A DNA stretch of 64,000 nucleotides, from positions 1,110 through 65,109 of the forward strand of contig JAZDHG010000031.1 in NCBI GenBank assembly GCA_043806135.1, given 5' to 3'. The position numbers and the translations under genes are program-made. The DNA comes from Candidatus Omnitrophota bacterium. Its GTDB lineage: Bacteria; Omnitrophota; Gorgyraeia; B26-G9. Positions 30,009 through 39,475 of the stretch are shown here, piece by piece. Within the stretch, counting starts at the first letter, position 1; each line of letters starts with the position of its first letter. The notes below the pieces were generated by a model. It saw only the letters and a program-made list of their open reading frames with translations. It ran no database searches and was not told where the DNA came from.

Positions 30009-31766
30009 ATGGCGACAAAAGGAAGGGTTATTGCTGTTGTCTCTAATCTAGTAACAATAGAAGTGGACGGACCAGTCAGTCAAAATGAGATCTGCTATAT
30101 AGATTTAGACGGTATAAAACTTAAGGCAGAGGTAATTAAAATTAACGGAAACCGTGCCTCTGCACAGGTCTTTGAAAGTACGCGGGGACTTCGTTTCGGC
30201 TGTAGTGCAGAATTTACAGAGCATATGCTTGAGGTTGAACTCGGGCCCGGCCTTCTTTCGAAAAAATATGACGGCCTGCAAAATGATCTCGAAGCAATGA
30301 ACGGGGTATTTTTAAAAAGAGGAGAATTAACAGCGAGATTTTCTTATGAACAAAAATGGGATTTTGTTCCGATAGCCAAAGTGAACGATAGGGTTAAAGC
30401 AGGAGATTTCCTCGGCGAGGTCAATGAAAACTGGGTTAAACATAAAATTATGGTGCCTTTTGCTCTGGAAGGTCTATGGCAGATAGAATCAATTGCCAAA
30501 AAAGGCTCATATACGGTAAAAGATACCATTGCCGTGTTAAAGGACAAAGACGGAAAGAAACAGAATGTCAGCATGATGCAGCGCTGGCCGGTAAAAGTAC
30601 CGGTTCGTGCCTATGCGGATAAGCCGATAGCTTATAAATTGCTTCAGACAGGGGTAAGGCTTATTGACACGCTAAACCCTATAGTAGAAGGAGGTACAGG
30701 ATTTATTCCCGGACCTTTTGGTTGCGGCAAAACAGTTTTGCAGCATATTATTGCCGCTAATGCCCAGGTTGATATGGTAATTATCTGCGCTTGCGGAGAA
30801 AGAGCGAATGAGGTAGTGGAGATATTTAAGGAATATCCGGAGCTTGAAGATCCGTTTACCGGACGCAAACTTATTGAACGCACGATTATTATTTGCAATA
30901 CTTCCAATATGCCCGTAGCTGCACGAGAGGCCTCTGTTTATACAGCAATGACAATCGCCGAATATTACCGTCAGATGGGTTTAAAGATATTACTGCTTGC
31001 CGATTCTACATCCCGTTGGGCTCAGGCACTCAGAGAGATGTCCAACCGAATGGAAGAATTGCCGGGCCCGGACGCTTTCCCCATGGATTTGACGGCGATT
31101 GTGGCTAATTTTTATTCAAGAGCAGGCCTGGTTGAGCTCTCTAACGGACAGACAGGGTCGGTAACCTTTATCGGAACGGTTTCTCCTGCGGGAGGGAATT
31201 TTAAAGAGCCGGTGACCGAATCCACCAAGAAAGTAGCCCGTTGTTTTTATGCTCTTTCCCAGAAGCGCGCCGATAGCAAAAGATATCCTTCGATAGATAC
31301 AATAGAAAGTTATTCAAAATACCTTGAATATAAAGAAGTGCAGGAATACATGGCGGAAAATCTGGAACCGCATTGGATAGAAAAGATTTTGTACATACGC
31401 GATGTCTTGCTCAGGGGAAAAGAGTCATATGACCGGATAAATATTTTGGGCGATGACAGCGTGCCTGTTGAATATCACGAGCGTTACTGGAAATCTGAAC
31501 TGATTGACTTTGGATTTCTGCAGCAGGATGCTTTTGACGAGGTTGATAAGGCAACGCCTATGGATAGGCAAAAATACATGATGGATATTATATACAATAT
31601 ATGCAAAGCAGACTTCAAATTTGAAAATTTTGACGGAGTCGCTGATTACTTTAAAAAAATCATAAATTTAATAAAACAGATGAACTATTCTAAATTTCAG
31701 GAAGAAGAATTTAAGAAGTTTGAAGACGAACTGCAAAGTGTCTTGATGGAACGAAAGGTCAATTGA
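30009..31766 (+). CDS. atpA: V/A-type ATPase catalytic subunit A
   Basis: The Walker A motif is GPFGCGKTV. The product is 585 aa and has the non-homologous region typical of A subunits. Confidence 0.95.
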   Translation: MATKGRVIAVVSNLVTIEVDGPVSQNEICYIDLDGIKLKAEVIKINGNRASAQVFESTRGLRFGCSAEFTEHMLEVELGPGLLSKKYDGLQNDLEAMNGVFLKRGELTARFSYEQKWDFVPIAKVNDRVKAGDFLGEVNENWVKHKIMVPFALEGLWQIESIAKKGSYTVKDTIAVLKDKDGKKQNVSMMQRWPVKVPVRAYADKPIAYKLLQTGVRLIDTLNPIVEGGTGFIPGPFGCGKTVLQHIIAANAQVDMVIICACGERANEVVEIFKEYPELEDPFTGRKLIERTIIICNTSNMPVAAREASVYTAMTIAEYYRQMGLKILLLADSTSRWAQALREMSNRMEELPGPDAFPMDLTAIVANFYSRAGLVELSNGQTGSVTFIGTVSPAGGNFKEPVTESTKKVARCFYALSQKRADSKRYPSIDTIESYSKYLEYKEVQEYMAENLEPHWIEKILYIRDVLLRGKESYDRINILGDDSVPVEYHERYWKSELIDFGFLQQDAFDEVDKATPMDRQKYMMDIIYNICKADFKFENFDGVADYFKKIINLIKQMNYSKFQEEEFKKFEDELQSVLMERKVN

Positions 31767-31819
31767 TGACTGAACTTATGGAGCGTAAGAGGACATAAGT
31801 TCACAGTCAGAGAATGACC

Positions 31820-31991
31820 CAGCCCTCTGTGCAGATAGAGGAAAGATATTTAAAAAAGAAAGATAATAGCAATAACTAGCCCTCACAGGGTTGATCAGGG
31901 AATAGCTTAGAGGGCTGGATTTAATTCGCGCATATCATTTAACTTCACAATGTTCGCTAAATAATGCGCTCATTAAAGAAAGGAAAATATC
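31820..31991 (+). ncRNA. Conserved 5'-leader element, copy 3 (in the 225-nt spacer between atpA and atpB)
   Basis: It begins with CCCTCTGTGCAGATAGAGG. The core CAGGGAATAGCTTAGAGGGCTGGATTTAATTCGCG follows, then a hairpin GCGCATATCATTTA…TAAATAATGCGC, then CTCATTAAAGAAAGG and the ATG. Confidence 0.45.
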
Positions 31992-33368
31992 ATGAACCAG
32001 AAAACTCCGGCGTTTACAACTGTATATACAAAGATAGAGCAGATTACTAAAGCAACATGTTCTTTAAGGGCAGGCGGCGCATTTAATGAGGAAATGGCAC
32101 TTATTGACGGGCGGCCGGCTCAGGTTGTGAAAATACAGGGAGATTTGATCACATTACAGGTTTTCTCTGGAACCCAGGGGATCGGTACGGATGTTGATGT
32201 CGTGTTCTTGGGAGAACCGCCAACCCTTAAAGTAGGTCCGGATTTATCGGGAAGATTTTTTAGCGCATACGGTACGCCGATTGACGGAGGCCCTGAGTTG
32301 GAGGGAAAGAAGGTTCCGATCGGAGGTCCCAGTGTAAATCCGGTGCGCCGCAAACAGCCTTCAGAGCTTATTAGTACGGGGATTGCCGGTATTGATCTGA
32401 ACAATACCCTAGTGGGAGGACAGAAAATTCCCTTTTTTGCCAATCCGGATCAGCCCTTTAATCAGGTTATGGCTAATGTTGCTTTGCGTGCCGGAGCGGA
32501 CAGGATTATTTTAGGCGGTATGGGTTTATCCAATGACGATTATCTTTATTACCGGCGTATATTTGAAGACGCAGGTGTTTTGGAAAAGATAACCTGTTTT
32601 ATAAACACAACAGATGATCCGCCAGTCGAGCGTTTGCTGATCCCGGATATGGTCTTAACTGCGGCAGAATATTTTGCAGTTGAGAAAAAAGAAAAAGTTT
32701 TGGTCTTACTTACAGATATGACGCTTTTTTGTGATGCTTTGAGTATTGTCTCTAACCGTATGGATCAAATCCCGAGTAAAGACAGTATGCCTGGTTCTTT
32801 ATACAGTGATTTGGCGAAGATATATGAAAAAGCGGTTCAGTTTGAAGAAGGCTCGATCACTATTGTTGCGGTAACAACGCTGAGCGGAGAGGATATTACA
32901 CATGCAATCCCGGATAATACCGGATATATTACCGAAGGACAGCTTTTTTTGCGGCGCAATACGGATATTTCTAAAGTTATCGTTGATCCTTTCCGTAGTT
33001 TGTCTCGTTTGAAACAGCTGGTGATCGGCAAACGCACAAGAGAAGATCACCCCCAGGTTATGAATGCAGGTATCCGTTTGTATTCTGATGCCGCATACGC
33101 GAAAACAAAACAGGAGAACGGGTTTGACCTTACTGATTATGATGAACGGGCATTGAAATTCGCCTTTGATTACAGCAATGAACTCTTGGCCATTGATATT
33201 AATATTGATATAGATAAGATGATCAATACCGCCTGGAGGTTGCTGGCAAAATATTTTAGCAAAGATGAAATTGGCATTAAACAGGAGATGGTGGACAAAT
33301 ACTGGCCGAAAGAAGACGGAGAACAGGCTAGTAGCGAGAATAAATCGACAGACGGGAGAAAAAACTGA
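31992..33368 (+). CDS. atpB: V/A-type ATPase subunit B
   Basis: The 458-aa product has the F1/V1 alpha/beta fold without a canonical P-loop, which is the regulatory B subunit. Confidence 0.9.
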   Translation: MNQKTPAFTTVYTKIEQITKATCSLRAGGAFNEEMALIDGRPAQVVKIQGDLITLQVFSGTQGIGTDVDVVFLGEPPTLKVGPDLSGRFFSAYGTPIDGGPELEGKKVPIGGPSVNPVRRKQPSELISTGIAGIDLNNTLVGGQKIPFFANPDQPFNQVMANVALRAGADRIILGGMGLSNDDYLYYRRIFEDAGVLEKITCFINTTDDPPVERLLIPDMVLTAAEYFAVEKKEKVLVLLTDMTLFCDALSIVSNRMDQIPSKDSMPGSLYSDLAKIYEKAVQFEEGSITIVAVTTLSGEDITHAIPDNTGYITEGQLFLRRNTDISKVIVDPFRSLSRLKQLVIGKRTREDHPQVMNAGIRLYSDAAYAKTKQENGFDLTDYDERALKFAFDYSNELLAIDINIDIDKMINTAWRLLAKYFSKDEIGIKQEMVDKYWPKEDGEQASSENKSTDGRKN

Positions 33369-33511
33369 AGGACGAGAGACGATCGTTTGAGTTGTTCACT
33401 ATGATGAAAGACGAAAAGACGTAAAGCGAATTAAATTTGCGAGTTGCGCGTCAGCGAGTTTGCGTGTTGGAAAATAGAAAAACTGAGAAAATTTTTATAT
33501 TGATTTTTTGA

Positions 33512-33558
33512 AGTAACTTTTAGTAACCAATAGTAACTGTTTGTAACTGCTGGTAACC
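33512..33558 (+). promoter_or_regulatory. Five GTAAC pentamers at exact 10-bp period upstream of atpD
   Basis: Read directly: agtaacttttagtaaccaatagtaactgtttgtaactgctggtaacc. The 17-mer TAGTAACTGTTTGTAAC is shared with 58275. Confidence 0.5.
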
Positions 33559-33583
33559 GAAGAATAATAACTAGGGATGAAAC

Positions 33584-34177
33584 GTGTCGCAGATGCAATA
33601 TAACAAGACTTTTTTAATGCAGATCAATAAAGATCTGGAGATCAGACAAAACGCTTTGCCGGTCCTGCAAAGCAAGGAAGCTGCTTTGCGTGCGGAAACT
33701 CGTCGTATGCGCATTCAGATCAAAGAAATTGCTAAAAAAGTAGAGGCAAAAATACAGTCTCTAAAATCTGTGCAGCGGCTATGGAGCGAATTTCCGGATA
33801 TTATCCATGTTAAAAAAGTCAACTTTAAGACAAAAAAAATCGCCAGTATAAAAGTGGGTATTGTCGAAAGCATCGAATATGATATTGGTTCATTTGAATT
33901 GTTTGCGCATCCGGCATGGTTTATGAATGGACTGCATAGCATAAAGGAAGTATTAGGTCTAAAAATAGAAGTGTTCAATTTAGAGAAGGTTTTGGAAAGT
34001 GTTGAGTATGCACGCAGGAAGACAACACAAAAGGTAAATCTATATGAAAAAGTACAGATACCTTTTTTTGAAGAGGCAATGCGTAAGATAAAGAGGTTTT
34101 TGGAAGATGAGGAAAATCTGTCTAAATCTTCCCAAAAGGTAATAAAGAGAAGAATGGAAGAGGCTAGTATCGTATGA
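33584..34177 (+). CDS. atpD: V/A-type ATPase subunit D
   Basis: The 197-aa product is a coiled-coil central-stalk protein in the conserved position after B. The gene starts at a GTG, with an alternative ATG 9 nt downstream. Confidence 0.75.
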   Translation: MSQMQYNKTFLMQINKDLEIRQNALPVLQSKEAALRAETRRMRIQIKEIAKKVEAKIQSLKSVQRLWSEFPDIIHVKKVNFKTKKIASIKVGIVESIEYDIGSFELFAHPAWFMNGLHSIKEVLGLKIEVFNLEKVLESVEYARRKTTQKVNLYEKVQIPFFEEAMRKIKRFLEDEENLSKSSQKVIKRRMEEASIV

Positions 34178-35955
34178 TAACCCTGATGGAAAAAATCACA
34201 ATCTTGATATTTCACAAGGCTAAAGAGGATTTTTTGCATTCCTTGCAGGAACTCGGCGTTATACATATTTCTCAGGATATAAAAAAAGATTCGCATGAGG
34301 GATTGAAGGAAATAAGAAACAGAATAGACAGAGCGGATGCTTTCCTGAAGGCAGCAAAAAAATCATCATCTGCAGTCTCTTCTTCTGTCCGGGGTGAAGG
34401 ACAATCAGCCTTATCTGTTATTGGGGAGCATGAGAATATTCAGCAGATTATAAACGTTTCTCAGGATGAATTGGATAAGGTGGACAGGCAGATACGCAAT
34501 CTTGCTCCCTGGGGGGAATTCAGCCGGGAATCTATGGAAAAGGTCAGGCTTTCAGGATTGCGCTTACGTTTTTTTATAACTCCAGTAAAGAATTTCGACT
34601 TTTGCGGTGTTGATGAGAATATTTGTGCGTTCGAGATCTCCCGGGATAAAACATATGTGTATTTTGTCGTGTTTGAAAAGGAAGATGTAGTAAAACTTAA
34701 TTGTGATGAGTTTTTTTATCCGGATTTAGATCTGAAGACGTTGCAGAATAAAGCACAGGCAATAACAGAAACTATTAGGGAAAGCGAGAAAAAATTATCC
34801 GCTTTGTTCTCTCAGGGTTCAGCTATCGAAACTTACCTCAATGAGCAGAAAAGCGGCTTGAATTATGCAACGGTAAACAGTAACCTGACGAGTGCGGCTG
34901 AAGATACTATTTATATAATAAACGGATGGCTGCCTCAAGATTTAAAGTTAAAAGTACAGGCTTGGCTGGATGAAAAGGATATTTACTGCTATTTTTCCAA
35001 GCCAAATGTAGGAGAGGATGTCCCGATTTTACTAAAAAATAATCCCTTTGCAAAGTTGTTTGAACCGATTACAAAGATGTTCTCTTTGCCTAATTATACC
35101 GAATTTGACCTGACGGCTTTTTTTGCCCCGTTTTTTACATTATTTTTCGGTTTTTGCCTTGGAGATGCAGGGTATGGATTGATCATCCTCTTATTATGCG
35201 CAATATTCTGGAAAAAAGTCAGCCAGAATAAAAGACCCTTGTTGATATTAGGAGCGGTCTTTGGTGTTTCCACTTTTCTTTTCGGACTTATTTCAGGAAA
35301 TCTGTTCGGGGTGGAACTTGTAAAAATTGCGTTTATAAAGAATTTAGTATTGTTTAACCAGAACCAGCTCTTTTATCTTTCTCTAAAGATAGGGGTAGTT
35401 CAGATATTTTTCGGACTGTTTCTAAAAGCATTTAGTAAATTAAGACAATTCGGATTTACGGCAAGTCTTTCAAGCTGGGGATGGCTAATAATGCTAACCG
35501 GAGTTTTGCCGCTTGTTCTGGCTTTTCTTTCAGATGCGGCCGCACCTTTATGGGCCCTATGGACATCCTTTACAGGACTTACGCTTATAATGCTGTTTAA
35601 TGACTTAAAGGCTAATATTTTTATCAGGCTGGGCAAAGGATTATGGGAGCTTTATGGAGGGCTTAGCGGATTTTTGGGAGATGTTTTAAGTTATGTGCGG
35701 CTTTTTGCCCTGGGTTTGTCAGGTGCAGTACTAGGTCTTGTTGTCAATGAAATAGGCATGCAGTTTCGGGCTATACCATTCGTAGGATATTTTATAACGT
35801 TTGTTTTTTTGATCGTGGGCCATTCGGCTAATTTACTTCTAAGCGGTTTGTCCAGTTTTGTACATCCGCTGCGTCTTACATTTGTTGAGTTTTATAAAAA
35901 TGTCGGTTTTGAAGGCGGAGGAAAGGCATATAATCCATTTAAAAAAATAAATTGA
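34174..35955 (+). CDS. atpI: V/A-type ATPase subunit I (a-subunit, membrane)
   Basis: The 593-aa product has a cytoplasmic N-terminal half and a C-terminal half of about 7 transmembrane helices with a conserved Arg-containing helix. Confidence 0.85.
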   Translation: MITLMEKITILIFHKAKEDFLHSLQELGVIHISQDIKKDSHEGLKEIRNRIDRADAFLKAAKKSSSAVSSSVRGEGQSALSVIGEHENIQQIINVSQDELDKVDRQIRNLAPWGEFSRESMEKVRLSGLRLRFFITPVKNFDFCGVDENICAFEISRDKTYVYFVVFEKEDVVKLNCDEFFYPDLDLKTLQNKAQAITETIRESEKKLSALFSQGSAIETYLNEQKSGLNYATVNSNLTSAAEDTIYIINGWLPQDLKLKVQAWLDEKDIYCYFSKPNVGEDVPILLKNNPFAKLFEPITKMFSLPNYTEFDLTAFFAPFFTLFFGFCLGDAGYGLIILLLCAIFWKKVSQNKRPLLILGAVFGVSTFLFGLISGNLFGVELVKIAFIKNLVLFNQNQLFYLSLKIGVVQIFFGLFLKAFSKLRQFGFTASLSSWGWLIMLTGVLPLVLAFLSDAAAPLWALWTSFTGLTLIMLFNDLKANIFIRLGKGLWELYGGLSGFLGDVLSYVRLFALGLSGAVLGLVVNEIGMQFRAIPFVGYFITFVFLIVGHSANLLLSGLSSFVHPLRLTFVEFYKNVGFEGGGKAYNPFKKIN

Positions 35956-35998
35956 TATTTTATTACTGTTACAGTGAGTGCAAAGAAGCAAGTTTTAA

Positions 35999-36499
<501 letters not shown>

Positions 36500-36522
36500 T
36501 TTAAAAATATTGCTTTAAAAAA

Positions 36523-36550
36523 GGAGGATGGTTAACCATTCTCCTTTTTC
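36523..36550 (+). terminator. Rho-independent terminator after atpK (GGAGGATGG-ttaa-CCATTCTCC + TTTTTCT)
   Basis: A 9-bp stem with one G.U pair and a 4-nt loop is followed by a U-tract. Confidence 0.7.
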
Positions 36551-36584
36551 TGTACAAAAACATATTTTTTGCTATAATTTAAGC

Positions 36585-37301
36585 ATGTTCGAGCAGGGAA
36601 GAAAAAATACACAATATATCCGCAAGCAAATGAGCAGGGTGATCAAGGATTATTCCATGATCAATGAAGGCGACAGGATACTGATCGCTGTGTCCGGAGG
36701 AAAAGACAGTCTTTGTCTGCTGGAAATGCTTAGGGCCAGACAGAGTTTTTCACCGGTCAAATACGAAATTTCCCCGGTGCATTTTAATGAAGAAACAATA
36801 AATGCTCATATCCTTGAAAAATATCTTAAAAGCAACAATTATTCATACCGCATTGTAGGTCAGATAGAAAAACCAAGAAAAAAGCCGAGAAAAAGCCCCT
36901 GTTTTAACTGCAGCTGGGAACGCAGGAAAAGATTATTTCAAATAGCAGAGGAGCTAAAATGCAATAAGATCGCGCTTGCGCATCATATGGACGATATTAT
37001 TCAAACCACACTGCTGAATCTTTTTTTTATGGGTGAAATCAGCACGATGAGGCCTTATCAGGAGCTTTTCGGTGGGAAATGCCATATAATACGGCCGCTT
37101 GCTTATGTCCCGGAGAAGGCGCTTGCGGCATATTCTAAGGCAAGGAAATTTCCTAAAATGAAGGTTCAATGTCCCCATGGCAAAGACTCTGCGCGCAAGT
37201 TTATCTCGGATGAGATAAAAAGAATAGAAAAAAGATCTCCGGAGGTAAGGAAGAATGTATTCCGGTCATTGAAGAGGATCAGAAGCGATTATCTGCTTTA
37301 A
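36585..37301 (+). CDS. ttcA: tRNA 2-thiocytidine(32) synthetase TtcA-like PP-loop ATPase
   Basis: The PP-loop is LIAVSGGKDS, and there are two Cys pairs, CFNCSW and QCPHG. The ORF-track start at 36528 lies inside the upstream terminator, so 36585 (MFEQGRK…) was taken instead. Confidence 0.75.
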   Translation: MFEQGRKNTQYIRKQMSRVIKDYSMINEGDRILIAVSGGKDSLCLLEMLRARQSFSPVKYEISPVHFNEETINAHILEKYLKSNNYSYRIVGQIEKPRKKPRKSPCFNCSWERRKRLFQIAEELKCNKIALAHHMDDIIQTTLLNLFFMGEISTMRPYQELFGGKCHIIRPLAYVPEKALAAYSKARKFPKMKVQCPHGKDSARKFISDEIKRIEKRSPEVRKNVFRSLKRIRSDYLL

Positions 37302-37329
37302 ATAAGCTATTTATAAGGAAGGGGCAATT

Positions 37330-37812
37330 ATGGAAATTGACAGCGTAAGAATAGAAATTCCAAAAGAGGCTAATGTTATAGTCGGCCAAAGCCATTTTAT
37401 TAAAACAGTGGAGGATATTTATGAGGCAATGGTGGGCTCTGTTCCGGGTATAAAATTCGGGGTCGGGTTTTGCGAGGCCTCAGGCGCATGCCTGGTACGC
37501 TCTGAAGGTAATGACCGGGAATTAAAGGAACATGCTGAAAAGACTGCTCTTGAAATTGCTTGCGGACATTGTTTTGTTCTGTTTATCAGAGATGCCTTTC
37601 CTATAAATGTGATGAGAGCGCTCAAAAATGTTCCGGAAATATGCCGTATTTTCTGTGCTACGGCTAATCCGCTTGAAATACTTACTGCTGAAACCGTCCA
37701 GGGCAGAGGGATTATCGGGGTCATTGACGGCTGCAAGCCCAAGGGGATAGAGAAGACAAGCGATATTAAATGGCGTAAAGATCTGCTGCGGACCATAAAA
37801 TATAAGCTTTGA
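37330..37812 (+). CDS. PF04008-like (so-called adenosine-specific kinase family) protein
   Basis: The 160-aa product carries the motifs HFIKTVEDIYEA…PGIKFG…CEASG…GHCFVLF…NPLE. These match that family from memory. Confidence 0.5.
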   Translation: MEIDSVRIEIPKEANVIVGQSHFIKTVEDIYEAMVGSVPGIKFGVGFCEASGACLVRSEGNDRELKEHAEKTALEIACGHCFVLFIRDAFPINVMRALKNVPEICRIFCATANPLEILTAETVQGRGIIGVIDGCKPKGIEKTSDIKWRKDLLRTIKYKL

Positions 37813-37879
37813 TACTTTTTAATATAATTCATATTTGACAATTTATTTTTTAGGTGTATTCTAATAATTGAGGATATAT

Positions 37880-38217
37880 TATGCATTGTCCAAAGTTTAT
37901 TGATTTTACAAGGGAATGCCAGTATAAAATAGGATTTCTGCCTTTAGACACTCGCCACTTTTGCTCTACCCGCAAATACAAAAAAGTGCCCGTTTTATAT
38001 AGCCATTCATAATGTCGGATATTTTTGCAAATATCTTAAACTCTGTCCAGCCTTTGAGCATTTTAAAACGGAAAATTTCGATAAATTTGTGCAAATAGCA
38101 AACGAATACTGCCTTTCTGAAAAGAACAATGTGCGTTGTTCAAGATTTAAGCTAAGAACTGCAGGGAAAAATCCGCCTGCGAAATTAATGCCGGATGGAA
38201 GTGTTTTGGAAAAATAA
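37880..38217 (+). pseudogene. Cys-rich small ORF(s) with three CP(K/F/A)F-type repeats, split by a frameshift at an A6 run (about 37965); intact length would be ~112 aa
   Basis: Frame 1 reads MHCPKFIDFTRECQY…KKVPVLYSHS*. Removing one A from the A6 run continues it as …KKCPFYIAIHNVGYFCKYLKLCPAFEHF…GSVLEK*. Confidence 0.3.
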
Positions 38218-38244
38218 ACAGTTAGTTAAATATAAAGGAGGGAT

Positions 38245-38358
38245 ATGATGAGTTGGATATTGTTCGGTCAGATCGTCTTGTTGATGGTAATATATTCTTT
38301 TATTAAACAACTGGTTAAGTGTATGCATGATACAAAATGTAAAATCTGTAAAAAATAA
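38245..38358 (+). CDS. Small membrane peptide with C-terminal Cys-rich tail (37 aa)
   Basis: An RBS GGAGGG sits 5 nt before the ATG. The product is MMSWILFGQIVLLMVIYSFIKQLVKCMHDTKCKICKK. Confidence 0.3.
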   Translation: MMSWILFGQIVLLMVIYSFIKQLVKCMHDTKCKICKK

Positions 38359-38389
38359 TTTAAAAGGGAAATCGAACGTCTTTCGCATC

Positions 38390-38600
38390 TTCCGCTAGCC
38401 CTTGTAAAACAGCTCAGAACTAGAACAAGTTCAGTCCAGAGCTGCATAGTACCGATCTATGATTTGGTTCTATGCAGGGCCGTGCTCAGATGTCTCACTC
38501 CCTAAGGGGAAACCCTTATGGCGTGAGCCACGTTGTGGCAACGCCACTCACGTGGTTTTCCCCTTCCCTATCTAAAGACGATAAGCTTTCTGAGTGCTTG
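38390..38600. ncRNA. GC-rich highly structured segment of unknown class (nested inverted repeats), adjacent to tRNA-Glu
   Basis: Three hairpins are visible. The first is CTGCATAG…CTATGCAG. The second is GGGGAAACCC…CGTGAGCCACG. The third is GTGGCAACGCCAC, nested within CACGTGGTTTTCCCC. No long ORF is present, and GC content is much higher than in flanking DNA. Confidence 0.3.
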
Positions 38601-38738
38601 GGATTAATTTGATAACGAATTTATATTCACACTATTCCATAAATTCTATCTCATTATTAATATTCCTCTTTTGGTTCGAACCCCAGGAAGAGCTATCAGA
38701 AAATAAAAAGGCCACTCTATCGAGTGGCTTTTTATAGT

Positions 38739-38816
38739 TGGTACCCCCAAGGGGATTCGAACCCCTGTTTTATGGCTGAGAACCACATGTCCTGGACCGG
38801 GCTAGACGATGAGGGC
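38739..38816 (-). tRNA. tRNA-Glu (anticodon CUC), with encoded CCA
   Basis: The reverse complement is GCCCTCATCGTCTAGCCCGGTCCAGGACATGTGGTTCTCAGCCATAAAACAGGGGTTCGAATCCCCTTGGGGGTACCA. This is collinear with E. coli tRNA-Glu (TCGTCTAG…CAGGAC…GGGGTTCGAATCCCC). The anticodon loop TTCTCAG gives CTC. Confidence 0.85.
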
Positions 38817-38958
38817 AAAAGTTTATGCTTTGGAAATTATATCATAATTTATTTTAAAGTCAATGCTTCTATGTCATTCTATGTAACATTTTGAGCAATG
38901 CTGAATATGTTACTGAATAGGTTACATTGGTTATAAATACTTCCTCCTAAGGCGAATA

Positions 38959-39072
38959 TTAAAAATTCCGCCACTCCCGCGCTGTGATCAATCCCTTGTC
39001 CGGCGTTATTCCAAAGATCGCAAATACAATTGCCAGCAGCAGGTCCATAATTCCGCTGACAATATTGACCAT
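38959..39072 (-). CDS. Possible 37-aa small membrane peptide
   Basis: An AGGA sits 6 nt before the ATG. The product is MVNIVSGIMDLLLAIVFAIFGITPDKGLITAREWRNF. No other support was found. Confidence 0.15.
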   Translation of the reverse strand: MVNIVSGIMDLLLAIVFAIFGITPDKGLITAREWRNF

Positions 39073-39179
39073 GGTGTCCTAACGAAATTACGCAAGAGAA
39101 TGCCTTTGTTTTAAAACAGTAAATAATTTTGGTATAGGCATATTGTTACTTTTATTAAAAAAATGGATTGCTGTTAATG

Positions 39180-39260
39180 CTCAGTAATTAGGTAACGTTT
39201 TTGGGTTATAGTTACGATGCCGTTTCGTTTTTCGGTTACGGTAATTGTAAAAACAAAAAT
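39180..39260 (+). promoter_or_regulatory. GTAA(C/T)/GTTAC-rich array upstream of the DUF2079 gene
   Basis: Read directly: cagtaattaggtaacgtttttgggttatagttacgatgccgtttcgtttttcggttacggtaattgtaaaa. Confidence 0.3.
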
Positions 39261-39475
39261 ATTTAATAAGTCCTCTGTTGACATGCTAAATATTTTTGAA
39301 GAACTTAACCATAGCCGAAAGACGATACGGGGTTCGTTACCTTTGCCGTTATCGAACTATTGAGCTAGTACACCTGGTTTTTTTAATATTTGGCAAAAGT
39401 TTCTTTATATTATAGTTTTAGACTTTTTACTTTTTCCTTCGTAATCTTTATCTTAGATGCTATAATACTGCTCAA

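Noticed and set aside
36528-36584. ORF-track start of the ttcA-like gene at 36528 (MVNHSPFSVQK…)
   Set aside because: Its first codons lie inside the atpK rho-independent terminator hairpin and U-tract. The internal ATG at 36585 was used instead.
38390-38600. RNase P RNA, SRP (4.5S) RNA or tmRNA in the GC-rich structured segment
   Set aside because: The universally conserved blocks are absent on both strands. These are GGAAAGUCCGG and AGGGUGAAA…GGUAAGAGCGCACC for RNase P, GGAAGGAAGCAG for SRP helix 8, and a tRNA-like 3' end with resume codon for tmRNA.
38739-38816. tRNA-Sec (because of the TCA-containing anticodon loop and the apparently long D-region)
   Set aside because: The sequence is collinear with canonical tRNA-Glu (3-bp D-stem, TCGTCTAG D-arm). 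The anticodon loop TTCTCAG places CTC at 34-36. The acceptor stem is 7 bp with two G·U pairs.
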